The notes under the pieces are model-generated. The model saw nothing but the letters and a program-made list of their open reading frames with translations. It was not told where the DNA came from and made no database searches. A DNA stretch of 64,000 bases from an uncultured Candidatus Rokubacteria bacterium. Lineage in GTDB: Bacteria > Methylomirabilota > Methylomirabilia > Rokubacteriales > CSP1-6. The stretch is taken from positions 416,001 to 480,000 of the forward strand of contig CAVWFS010000008.1 of assembly GCA_963754315.1 (NCBI GenBank). The letters are read 5' to 3'. Of the stretch, positions 50,668 to 59,246 are shown piece after piece (positions within the stretch are counted from its first letter, which is position 1; each line of letters begins with the position of its first letter). Position numbers and translations under genes: made by a program.

Positions 50668-50698
50668 AGGAGGAGAGTTCCGAGCAGAGCGGTCGCTA

Positions 50699-51234
50699 TC
50701 ACGCCTCCGGGTCGCCGAGCAGCAGACGCTCGATGCGAGCCAACGCGTCATCCGCCCGCGTCCGCACCGTCGCCTGGTCGAGACTCCCGAAGGGATGTGC
50801 GACCACCACGAACGGATAGCTCGGGATCCCGTTGAGGGTGGCCACGGCCTCGGCCGTGAGCACGAAAGGCTCCGTGATCACCGCCACAGCGGGGATACCC
50901 TGCTTCTCGAAGTTGATGGCGTCGAGCACACTGCCCGACGAGCAGCTGCCTCAATCGCCGATCGCGGTGATGACGGCCGTACAGCGGCTGGCCAGGAGTG
51001 TCACGTCCTGAGGTCGGGCGGGAGCGCTGGCGTTTTTCTTGGTGACCCGCAGCAGTTCGCCGACTCCGTGCCGTGCGCACAGTTGCTCAGCGACGCGCTC
51101 GAGGAAAGCCATGCCGTGGGTCTTGCCATTCGCGAGCAAACCGAGGGTCGCCCCTGCGAGGCGCGGTGGCCGGGCCGCCGCCGCGCTTTCCGGGTCGGCT
51201 CTGCGCGCGAGGTCGGGTCGAGGATGCGTGTCAT
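50699..51234 (-). CDS. UGSC-motif selenoprotein (TGA 50953-50951 read as Sec); 1-nt frameshift near 51200-51210
   Basis: ORFs 50951..51382 and 50699..50929 are in frame: …TAIGD-TGA-GSCSSGSVLDAINFEKQGIPAV…HPF; ATG 51234 has an AAGGAGGT RBS and overlaps the upstream TGA. Confidence 0.85.
50920..50940 (-). promoter_or_regulatory. Putative bacterial SECIS element
   Basis: mRNA UGA-GGCAGCUGCU-CGUCGGGCA-GUG-UGCUCGACG: 9-bp stem with one G-U pair, G-led loop 19 nt after the UGA. Confidence 0.7.
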
Positions 51235-52325
51235 ACGGGGACCTCCTTGGTAATGAAGGGCACGCTGCGACCACGGCTCCAGGATGGAAAGAAGGCGCTG
51301 TGCCCTCCAGCCGCGCCTCCGCCCGCGCATAGCACGATGTCTTCGGGACCACGCCCCCGATGGACGGGAATCGCGTCGTCACCTGGCAAGACCCGCGCGT
51401 GAGTGTCGGGCCCGTCGAGGGCGGCGGGCGAGCCGCCGGGCGCGTGCCGGTACAGCCACTCCCGCATGTCCGGGCTCGTCAGGAACTGGGCTTCGATCTT
51501 GCCAGCGCGCTTGAGATCAGATAGGGGCCGCCGCGCGTGCTCGTAGAGCCAGGCCTGGGTGCGTGCGCGCGACCAGCCCGCTCGGGCCAGGTGCTGGGCG
51601 TGCTCGGGGGCCACGACGATGACCGATCGCCCCGGACTGAAGCTTCCCAGACTTGCCATCGTGTCGGCGAAGCTCAAGAGCAACCGCTCTGGCTCGCTCG
51701 CCGCGTGGACGAGGACGTTGTGGGGGGACTCGGCCGCGAACACGGTCACGGCCGACTGCTGCGTTCGGAAGCCTCGAGAGACATGGAGCGGCTCCCACGG
51801 GCTCGCCGCCTCGTGCTCGGCAAAGCAGAGGGTGTACTTACCCGCCCAACCCTGGGTTGACTGATCGAGCACCCCTGGGCGGCAGTCGAGGCAGTTCAGC
51901 AGCACGAGCCGGATCGCCCGGCCAATGGTGGCGTTGGCGCGGACGCCGGGCCCGAAGAGGTTGCCGCCCGCGTGCATCCCGATCGCGTCGCGCACGGGCC
52001 CGTTCACGATGACCATGAGAGCGGCCCCGCCCGTGCTCGTCGCTGGACCATGAAGCTGGAACTCGGGATCGCCGATGGCCAGGAGAGCCGCACCCACCAC
52101 GGGGAAATACTCCGGCCGGCAGCCGGCCATGACCGCATTGATGGCCGCGTGCCAGGCGCTGACCCTGCGATCGCGTACCGGCTCGTGCAGGAGGACCTCA
52201 TCGGCCGGCCACGGCCCGCCGGCGAGCATGCGCTCCACGAGCGGAGCCGTGGGAGGCACCACGGGCAGGCCATCCGTCCACTCCTGGGCGAAGCATGCCT
52301 CGATGGCCTGCCAGGGGTCTGCCAC
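51231..52325 (-). CDS. Uncharacterised 'DGLPVVPPT' protein, translationally coupled to the UGSC selenoprotein
   Basis: WTDGLPVVPPT, NAVMAGCRPEYFPVV, RANATIGRAIRL, CFAEHEAASPW, GGAAGGHS; start codon uncertain. Confidence 0.85.
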   Translation of the reverse strand: MADPWQAIEACFAQEWTDGLPVVPPTAPLVERMLAGGPWPADEVLLHEPVRDRRVSAWHAAINAVMAGCRPEYFPVVGAALLAIGDPEFQLHGPATSTGGAALMVIVNGPVRDAIGMHAGGNLFGPGVRANATIGRAIRLVLLNCLDCRPGVLDQSTQGWAGKYTLCFAEHEAASPWEPLHVSRGFRTQQSAVTVFAAESPHNVLVHAASEPERLLLSFADTMASLGSFSPGRSVIVVAPEHAQHLARAGWSRARTQAWLYEHARRPLSDLKRAGKIEAQFLTSPDMREWLYRHAPGGSPAALDGPDTHARVLPGDDAIPVHRGRGPEDIVLCAGGGAAGGHSAFFPSWSRGRSVPFITKEVPV

Positions 52326-52368
52326 ATCGAGGCCGGGATGCTCGGACGGGGTGAGCAGGTCGGAGACC

Positions 52369-53124
52369 CTACAGATACCTCGTCGGCCACATGATGGTGC
52401 GCCACATATGGGCGGAGGGGCTGGGGTCGAGGCCGAGTCCTTCCGCGGGCTGCTTGAAGTTGCGTCCGACGACGTCGGTGAACTCCTCCAGCTCCACCTG
52501 CACGTTAGGGTCGAAGGCGTACAGATCGTTGACGGTGAGCAGGCGCGCCGTCATGTACCACTTGTGCTGGCGCGCGTAGCGGTGGGCTTCCTGAATGTAC
52601 GGCTCGGGGACGTAGTCCGGACCGAACAGCTTCGCGTACAGATCGGGATACTGATATCCGACCGAGTCGTCCGGGAAGAACCGCAGGGCCTGGTGATAGC
52701 GGATGGCCCAGCTCACCTCTTCGTCGACGTAGGGCTCGACCAACTGGGCGGCCCAGTACCCATGGTCGCCCCGGATGAATCCGGCGATGGCAATGTCGTG
52801 CAGAAGACAGGCGAGGACGATCTTCTCACTCAGCCCGTTCTTCTGCGCGAGCCGGGCGCTCTGCAGGAGGTGATTGGCCGGAGCAAAGCGATACTTGAAG
52901 AAGTCGAACAAGGTCGGCCGATCAGGCATGCGCTCCAACCGGGGGTCGTCGCGCATGAGATAGCGCTTGCCCTGATCGGGCGGCCGCGGCATCGGGACCC
53001 TCGGGTCACGCTCGCCTGACGTGTAGATGACCGACTTCATGATGACCAGCCGGTCCAGTTCTTGACTCAGCGCGTGCTCGGCCGCTTCCGCTCGTTCGAG
53101 TGTCGTGCTCATGATCAGGATCAT
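52369..53124 (-). CDS. HD-domain metalloprotein (H…HD…H…H…D ligand set)
   Basis: NHLLQSA, CLLHDI, GDHG, IRYHQ, NDLYAFD. Confidence 0.8.
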   Translation of the reverse strand: MILIMSTTLERAEAAEHALSQELDRLVIMKSVIYTSGERDPRVPMPRPPDQGKRYLMRDDPRLERMPDRPTLFDFFKYRFAPANHLLQSARLAQKNGLSEKIVLACLLHDIAIAGFIRGDHGYWAAQLVEPYVDEEVSWAIRYHQALRFFPDDSVGYQYPDLYAKLFGPDYVPEPYIQEAHRYARQHKWYMTARLLTVNDLYAFDPNVQVELEEFTDVVGRNFKQPAEGLGLDPSPSAHMWRTIMWPTRYL

Positions 53125-53190
53125 CGGTCCCCCCACCACTGCCTGTCAAGCGCCGGGTCGAGTATGCTGAGAGCAAGGAGACGTGAATCG

Positions 53191-53376
53191 ATGAGCGAGT
53201 GCAAACACGGCTTGAAGCACGGTTGCGTGTACTGCCACACCACCCGAACCCCCGGCGGCCCGCGGCCGTTACCCAAGCGGCCCACGCGAGCGTCCCGCCT
53301 GTCCGAGCAAATGAACGAGCGCATGACCGCCTTGAATCGCCGGCTGCGCGAGCTACGCCGCCCGTCTCCGGAATAG
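53191..53376 (+). CDS. Small (61 aa) Cys/His protein with a basic helical tail
   Basis: AAGGAG RBS at 53175-53180, TATGCT -10-like box at 53163; MSECKHGLKHGCVYCH…LSEQMNERMTALNRRLRELR. Confidence 0.6.
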   Translation: MSECKHGLKHGCVYCHTTRTPGGPRPLPKRPTRASRLSEQMNERMTALNRRLRELRRPSPE

Positions 53377-53491
53377 CGAGGCCATCGGCGCCCAACGTCC
53401 GGTTTGCCACGCCCGAAGAGATCGCCTCGACCAGTTCCGATCTGAACCCCGAGTCGTCTCGATCGTTTCGCGGACGTCCGGCGGCCACCCG

Positions 53492-53529
53492 GTCGTCATT
53501 GACATGATTGTCATAACGACTTATACGAT
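53492..53529 (+). promoter_or_regulatory. sigma70 promoter with an overlapping palindromic operator
   Basis: TTGACA 53499-53504, TATACG/TACGAT 53522-53529; TGACA-N4-TGTCA at 53500-53513 flanked by GTCGT…ACGAC. Confidence 0.7.
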
Positions 53530-53534
53530 CTCCG

Positions 53535-54545
53535 ATGCCGCTCAAGTTCGGCGTGCACATCCCGACCTGCATCGAGGGCATGATGTATCCGGTGCCGTTC
53601 GCCACCCCGGAAGACATCCTGCCCATCGCGCTGCTCGCGGAACGGGTGGGTTTCGACTCCGTGTGGGGCAACGACCACATGACCACCCAGCGCTACGTGC
53701 AGCGCGAATGGCGAGAACCGCCGAGCTTCTACGAACCGCTCATCATCTTCAGCTACGTGGCGGCCCGCACCACTCGCATCCGACTGGCCACCGGAATCAT
53801 CGTGCTCCCCATGCGCACCATGCCCGTGCTCGCCAAGCAAGCGGCGACCCTCGATCAGCTCTCCGGTGGTCGGCTGATTCTCGGGGTGGGCACGGGCGCC
53901 TACCGCGAGGAGTACGAGGCGCTCGCCCCCGACGCCAAGAGCGCCCGTCGCGGTGACATTGTCGAGGAGGGGATGCGGGCCCTGCGCCTGCTGTTCACGG
54001 AGCGTAAGGCCACCTTCCGGGGCAAGCACGTGCGCTTCGAGGAGGTCGAGTGCTTTCCCAAGCCGCGGCAGACGCCGTTGCCGATCTATGCCGGGGGGAA
54101 TCATGCCGAGGTCCGGCGGCGTGCAGGCGAATACGGTGAGGGCTGGATGCCGGCCGTCCTCTCGCCTGATGAAATCCGCCGGGGCGTCGAGGACGTTCGC
54201 CGGGCAGCCGCCCGGGCCGGGCGCGAGGGGGCAGTCATCGACATCGCGCCGCAGTTCGCCTGCTCCATCGGCCGCACCCACGAGGAGGCCGTGCGCCGCT
54301 TCCACGCCTCCCAGCTCTTCAAACATCTAGAGTCGCTCAAGCGGTCGACCCTGCGCGATCAGCAGACGGGCGGGTTCGAGCAGCGAAACCTCATCGGCAG
54401 CCCGTCGGAGATCTGTGAGCGGATCCGCCTCTATCAACAGGCCGGGGTGACCACGTGCTCCGGCATCCTCTTCGTCGCCAACTCCGTGTCCGAGATGCAG
54501 GAGGCCATCGACCTCTTCGGGCACGAGGTCATCCCTCACTTCTGA
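53535..54545 (+). CDS. LLM-class flavin/F420-dependent oxidoreductase
   Basis: GFDSVWGNDH, AKQAATLDQLSGGRLILGVG, PKPRQTPLPIY. Confidence 0.92.
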   Translation: MPLKFGVHIPTCIEGMMYPVPFATPEDILPIALLAERVGFDSVWGNDHMTTQRYVQREWREPPSFYEPLIIFSYVAARTTRIRLATGIIVLPMRTMPVLAKQAATLDQLSGGRLILGVGTGAYREEYEALAPDAKSARRGDIVEEGMRALRLLFTERKATFRGKHVRFEEVECFPKPRQTPLPIYAGGNHAEVRRRAGEYGEGWMPAVLSPDEIRRGVEDVRRAAARAGREGAVIDIAPQFACSIGRTHEEAVRRFHASQLFKHLESLKRSTLRDQQTGGFEQRNLIGSPSEICERIRLYQQAGVTTCSGILFVANSVSEMQEAIDLFGHEVIPHF

Positions 54546-54569
54546 GCGATCGATCCAAGGAGGAACACC

Positions 54570-55736
54570 ATGCGCGTTGCCCTCGCCTTGCTCGTGGCCT
54601 TGCTCGCGGCGCTACCCCTCGCTGGCCGCGCTCAGGCACCGCCGATTCGGGTCGGCTTCGCCTCCGCCATGAGCGGCCCCGCCGCCATCACGGGGGAGGG
54701 CGTTCGCTGGGGCGGCACCCTGGCCGTCGAGGAGATCAACGCAAAGGGCGGAGTTGGCGGCCGAAAGCTCGAGGCCTACTTCGCCGACAACAAGGCCACG
54801 CCGGGCGAGGCGGTGAGCGCCGTGCGCAAGCTGGCCGACGTGGACAAGGTGGACGTCATCATCGGCCAGACGCACAGCGGAGCCTGCCTGGGAGCGATGC
54901 CGGTGGTGAAGGAGATCGGCGTGCCCATGGTGATCGAGGCGTGCTCCCACCCGCAGATTCGCGCGCTGTCGGGGAAGGGCGGCAACGAATGGACGTTTCG
55001 GGTCGCCCTCGACGACGAGATCATGGCCCACACCTTTGCCCGCTACATGGTGCGCCAGGGGGTGAAGACGTCCTCCGTCCTCGCCATGAACAACGACTTC
55101 GGGCGGGGCGCCGCCAACGCCTACGACGCGGCCTTCAAGAAGGCGGGCATCACGCTTACCTCCACCGAGTTCTTCGACCCGGGGCAGCCGGACTACCGGC
55201 CGGTGCTGACCCGGCTGAAGCGGGCGGGGGCGGAGACGATCCTCGGCGTGATCCTGGCGAGCGATGGCGCCCCGTTCATGCGACAGTTCCGGGAGCTCGG
55301 CCTCAGCCAGAAGATCTACTCGCGCGGAAGCCTCGCTTCTGCGGAGTTCTTGCACCAGGTGCGTGACAACCCGCGCATCGGCGACGGCGTCGTGGAAGCC
55401 GGCTACTGGGTTGTTGGCCTTGACCCGGAGTGGGATCGGAAGTGGCAGGAACGACACAACATCCCTCCGCGGATCCACGGCAGCCTGGCCGCCATCGCCC
55501 TCAAGTGGGCCGTGGTGCCCGCCATCGAGATCGCGCAAAAGAAGGCGGGCAAGGTTGACCGGGCGACCATCCGAGCGGCCCTCACCGAAGTCGACGTCAA
55601 GGATTCTCCGCTCGGTCCGATCAAGTTCGACGCCAATCACCAGGCCTGGATCAACATGATTCTGATCGAGATGCAGGACGGAAAGCTGCGCATCGTCGAG
55701 AAGCTCCCCACGAGCCCCGCGCTGGTGAATCAATGA
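54570..55736 (+). CDS. Branched-chain amino acid-type ABC solute-binding protein
   Basis: Signal peptide, MSGPAA..G, EINAKGGVGGRK, NNDFGRG, GPIKFD. Confidence 0.92.
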   Translation: MRVALALLVALLAALPLAGRAQAPPIRVGFASAMSGPAAITGEGVRWGGTLAVEEINAKGGVGGRKLEAYFADNKATPGEAVSAVRKLADVDKVDVIIGQTHSGACLGAMPVVKEIGVPMVIEACSHPQIRALSGKGGNEWTFRVALDDEIMAHTFARYMVRQGVKTSSVLAMNNDFGRGAANAYDAAFKKAGITLTSTEFFDPGQPDYRPVLTRLKRAGAETILGVILASDGAPFMRQFRELGLSQKIYSRGSLASAEFLHQVRDNPRIGDGVVEAGYWVVGLDPEWDRKWQERHNIPPRIHGSLAAIALKWAVVPAIEIAQKKAGKVDRATIRAALTEVDVKDSPLGPIKFDANHQAWINMILIEMQDGKLRIVEKLPTSPALVNQ

Positions 55737-55741
55737 TAAAT

Positions 55742-55808
55742 GGGGGGAGCGAGCGCCGCGCCTTCCTTTGAAAAGGGGGGAGCGTGCGCCGCTCCCCCCT
55801 AGCCCCCC
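55742..55808. repeat. REP-like hairpin with a direct repeat between the binding-protein and permease genes
   Basis: AGGGGGGAGCG / CGCTCCCCCCT perfect 11-bp stem (55774-55800) followed by AGCCCCCC; GGGGGGAGCG(A/T)GCGCCGC repeated at 55742 and 55775. Confidence 0.65.
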
Positions 55809-55943
55809 ACCGCTTTTGGTATGCGCCAATGGGTGGGATTACGCCGGCTTAGCCGGCGTTCGGATCGAGGATCGGCGGCTCGGCGCAGCCTTGAGTCCGT
55901 GGCCAGGGGACGGAGGATGATGCTGGTGCGGGCGGCAAGCTGA

Positions 55944-56813
55944 GTGCTCGATTTTTTGGAGCAGCTCGTTCATGGGCTCACGTTGGGGTCGATGTATGCG
56001 ATGGTGGCGGCGGGGCTGGCCCTCATGCTGGGGGTGGCGCGGCTGATCAACTTCGCCCACGGCGAATTTTTCATGCTCGGCGCCTATGCGTTCTGGTACG
56101 CCTACCGGGAACTGGATCTTCCGTACGTGGTGGCCGGGCTCCTGGCTCCCATCCTGATGGTCGTCTTCGGCGTAGCCTACGAACACACGGTGATCCGCGC
56201 CATTCTGCCTCGCTCGTGGCACGTCCAGCTCATCGCGACCCTGGCCACGTCCATCGTGCTCACGAACCTGGCCATCATCGTCTTCGGCACTCAACCGAAG
56301 GAGGTTCCGACCACCCTGTCGGCACGCATTCTGGCCGTGGGCGGCTTGCGCCTGGCCTGGCAGCGATTGCTCGTGCTGGGTGCAAGTCTTGTGATCTTCT
56401 GGGCCCTCCATAGGTTTGTCACTCGAACACGCGCGGGCAAGGCCATGCGCGCGATGTCGCAGAATCGGGAGGCGTGCGCGGTGGTCGGCGTTGACGTGCA
56501 GCGCGTCGCCCTGCTGACGTTCGGTCTGTCGGCGGCGCTGGCGGCCGCGGCGGCGGTCCTCGTGTCGCCACTGTTCAACATCTTCCCCGACATGGGCGCC
56601 GGGCTGACTCTCAAGGCTTTCGCGGCCGTGGTGGCCGGCGGCCTCGGCTACGTCAACGGAGCGATCGCCGCCAGTTTCCTGATCGGGGTGAGCGAGGCCC
56701 TGGCCGGAAGCTACGTCTCCTACGCGTACAAGGACGCCATCGCGTTCCTGATCATGATTGGTGTTCTGCTCTGGCGGCCCCAGGGTCTGTTCGGGCGCCG
56801 ACTAGGAATTTGA
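55944..56813 (+). CDS. livH: Branched-chain ABC permease (LivH-like)
   Basis: GLTLGSMYA, INFAHGE, GKAMRAMSQN, KAFAAVVAGGLG, RPQGLFG. Confidence 0.9.
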   Translation: MLDFLEQLVHGLTLGSMYAMVAAGLALMLGVARLINFAHGEFFMLGAYAFWYAYRELDLPYVVAGLLAPILMVVFGVAYEHTVIRAILPRSWHVQLIATLATSIVLTNLAIIVFGTQPKEVPTTLSARILAVGGLRLAWQRLLVLGASLVIFWALHRFVTRTRAGKAMRAMSQNREACAVVGVDVQRVALLTFGLSAALAAAAAVLVSPLFNIFPDMGAGLTLKAFAAVVAGGLGYVNGAIAASFLIGVSEALAGSYVSYAYKDAIAFLIMIGVLLWRPQGLFGRRLGI

Positions 56814-56814
56814 T

Positions 56815-57780
56815 ATGCGGCGCTCGCTCTGGGCCGTGGTGGGCGTGGTGGCGGTGGCGGCGCCGTGGCTGGTGGCGGTCGTGGCGCCCGGGCAGCAGCG
56901 TTACATCATCCACGTGCTGATCTTTACCATGCTGTTCGCTGCCCTCGCGCTCTCCTACGACCTCGTGGTCGGTCACGTCGGAAGCCTCTCACTCGCCCAT
57001 CCAGCTTTTTTCGGTGTGGGCGCGTACACGGCCGCGATCCTTTCTACGCGAGCCGGGTGGCCGTTCGCCGCCGACGTGCTGGCGGCGGTCGTCCTGGCGG
57101 GGACGGTGGCGGCGCTGGTCGGAGTGCCACTCTTCCGCCTCGTCGAGCATTCCTTTGCCGTGGGCACGCTCGGTTTCGGGCTCGTCGCCTGGATCGTTGC
57201 CACCAACTGGGTGGAGGTCACGCGAGGCCCACTCTGCATCACCGGAATTCCAAAACCGGCTCTCCGCATGCCAGGCGGAGCGATGCTCACGATCGCGACC
57301 CTTCCCGCGTACTACTGGCTTGCCCTCGGGGGACTTGTGGTCGTCATGCTGCTCTACCTCGGCCTGACCACGTTCCGGCTGGGCCGCGCCTTCCACGCGG
57401 TGCGCGACAACGAGTCGCTGGCAGCCTCGGCCGGCATCGACCCGCTGAAGTACCGGATGCTGGCCTTCACCGTCGCGGGAGGGCTGGCGGGCGGTGTCGG
57501 CGCTCTGTACGCCCACTATCTGTCCGTCATCTGCCCGGAGGAGATGACGGTCGCGCTCACCGTGAACTTGCTGGTGATCGTCTTCTTGGGTGGCGTCGGG
57601 AGCTTGCGCGGGGTGCTTGTGGGGGCGGCGCTCTTCACGGCGCTGCCCGAGATCTTGCGACTGGCGCCCACGTGGCGGCTGGTGATCTATGGAGGCTTGC
57701 TGCTCGTCATCGTGATCCGCTCCCCCGAAGGCATCGAGGGGTTGCTGCGCCGCCCGGCCGGGCCGCGTGTCGCTCGCTGA
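56815..57780 (+). CDS. livM: Branched-chain ABC permease (LivM-like)
   Basis: SLAHPAFFGVGAY, GRAFHAVRDNE, LGGVGS, PEGI. Confidence 0.9.
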   Translation: MRRSLWAVVGVVAVAAPWLVAVVAPGQQRYIIHVLIFTMLFAALALSYDLVVGHVGSLSLAHPAFFGVGAYTAAILSTRAGWPFAADVLAAVVLAGTVAALVGVPLFRLVEHSFAVGTLGFGLVAWIVATNWVEVTRGPLCITGIPKPALRMPGGAMLTIATLPAYYWLALGGLVVVMLLYLGLTTFRLGRAFHAVRDNESLAASAGIDPLKYRMLAFTVAGGLAGGVGALYAHYLSVICPEEMTVALTVNLLVIVFLGGVGSLRGVLVGAALFTALPEILRLAPTWRLVIYGGLLLVIVIRSPEGIEGLLRRPAGPRVAR

Positions 57781-58535
57781 TGCCGCTGCTCGAGGTCCAC
57801 GGGCTGGTCAAGCGGTTTCTCGGGGTCACGGCCCTGGACGGCGTGGACTTCAGCATCGAGCCCGGCGAGCTTGTGAGCCTCATCGGGCCCAACGGTTCTG
57901 GCAAGACAACGCTCTTCAACTGCGTGACCGGTTACCTCGCACCGGATCACGGCCGCGTGCTCTTCCGGGCCCGTGATGTGACACGCGCCGCGCCCCACCA
58001 GGTGGCCCGCCTGGGTCTGGGCCGCACGTTTCAGCAGGTGAGCGTCTTCGGGCGCCTCACCGCGCTAGAAAACCTTCTCGTCTTCCTGCAGCAGCACCAG
58101 GAGGAGCAACTGCTGGCCCGTCTGCTGCGGACACCTCGCTTGCGCAGGCTGGAAGGCCAGGCCATCGAGCGCGCCCGGATGCTGCTCGACCTGGTGGGGC
58201 TCGGCGAGCGAGCGGAGGCGCCCGCGGCCAGTCTTTCTTACGGCCAGCGTAAGCTTCTGGCCTTCGCGGCAGCGCTGATGTCCGATCCCGACCTGCTCCT
58301 GCTGGACGAGCCCGCGGCGGCAGTGAACCCCACCATGATCAACCAGATGAAGGACCACATCGTGGCGCTGCACCGTCAAGGGAAGACGGTGTTGCTCGTG
58401 GAGCACAACATGGACGTGGTCATGGATATCTCGCGGCGCATCGTGGTGCTCGACCACGGCCAGAAGATTGCCGAGGGGCCGCCGGAGGTGATCCGGCGGG
58501 ACCCACGGGTCATCGAGGCGTACTTTGGCCGGTGA
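57780..58535 (+). CDS. livG: Branched-chain ABC ATPase (LivG-like)
   Basis: GPNGSGKT, LSYGQ, LLLDEP, VEHNM, VIEAYFG. Confidence 0.92.
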   Translation: MPLLEVHGLVKRFLGVTALDGVDFSIEPGELVSLIGPNGSGKTTLFNCVTGYLAPDHGRVLFRARDVTRAAPHQVARLGLGRTFQQVSVFGRLTALENLLVFLQQHQEEQLLARLLRTPRLRRLEGQAIERARMLLDLVGLGERAEAPAASLSYGQRKLLAFAAALMSDPDLLLLDEPAAAVNPTMINQMKDHIVALHRQGKTVLLVEHNMDVVMDISRRIVVLDHGQKIAEGPPEVIRRDPRVIEAYFGR

Positions 58536-59244
58536 GCCCCCCCTGCTCGTGTTGGAGGAGCTCGTGGCCGGCTACGACGAGGTCGACGTGCTCCGCGGGG
58601 TCTCCCTGTCCGTTCAGCCAGGAGACATTGTCGCTATCATCGGAGCCAACGGAGCGGGCAAGTCAACCCTGCTCCGCACGGTCTTCGGCATGGTGCTGCC
58701 TCGCGCGGGCCGTATCCGCTTCGCCGGATCCGATATCGGCGGCCGACCCTCGGTGGAGGTCCTGCGGCGCGGCGTGGGGTACGTCCCCCAAGGGCGCTGC
58801 AATTTCCCCGCGATGACCGTGGAGGAGAACCTCGAGATGGGCGCCTATCTGCGTCGGGATCGGCAGGTGGGTGCCGATATCGCCGCCCTCTTCACCCGAT
58901 TTCCCGTCCTCGCCGACAAGCGCGGAGCGCCGGCGGGAACGCTGTCAGGTGGACAGCAGCAGATCCTCGAGATGGCGATGGCGTTACTGCTGCATCCGCG
59001 CCTGCTGCTCGTCGACGAGCCGTCCCTCGGCCTCGATCCGCGCATGGTGGAGGTCGTGTTCGAGACGATCCTGGCCATCAACGGCGAGGGCACCACGATC
59101 CTGATGGTCGAGCAGAACGCCAAGAAGGCGCTGTCGGTCTCGCATCGCGGGTTCGTCCTCGAGCTCGGGCGGAATCGGTTCGAGGGAACCGGCCGTATGC
59201 TGCTCGAGGATCCCGATGTCCGCCTACACTATCTGGGAGGCTGA
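58525..59244 (+). CDS. livF: Branched-chain ABC ATPase (LivF-like)
   Basis: GANGAGKS, LSGGQQQ, DEPSLGL, VEQNA. Confidence 0.92.
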   Translation: MAGEPPLLVLEELVAGYDEVDVLRGVSLSVQPGDIVAIIGANGAGKSTLLRTVFGMVLPRAGRIRFAGSDIGGRPSVEVLRRGVGYVPQGRCNFPAMTVEENLEMGAYLRRDRQVGADIAALFTRFPVLADKRGAPAGTLSGGQQQILEMAMALLLHPRLLLVDEPSLGLDPRMVEVVFETILAINGEGTTILMVEQNAKKALSVSHRGFVLELGRNRFEGTGRMLLEDPDVRLHYLGG

Positions 59245-59246
59245 AC

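Noticed and set aside
49208..51253. 681-aa ORF suggesting an extended or fused amidohydrolase
   Set aside because: The real start is GTG 49538. The extension is antisense to the selenoprotein gene and is explained by one missing base before TGA 50667
53191..53376. c-type cytochrome call from CVYCH
   Set aside because: No signal peptide and too short; more plausibly a cytoplasmic metal-binding motif
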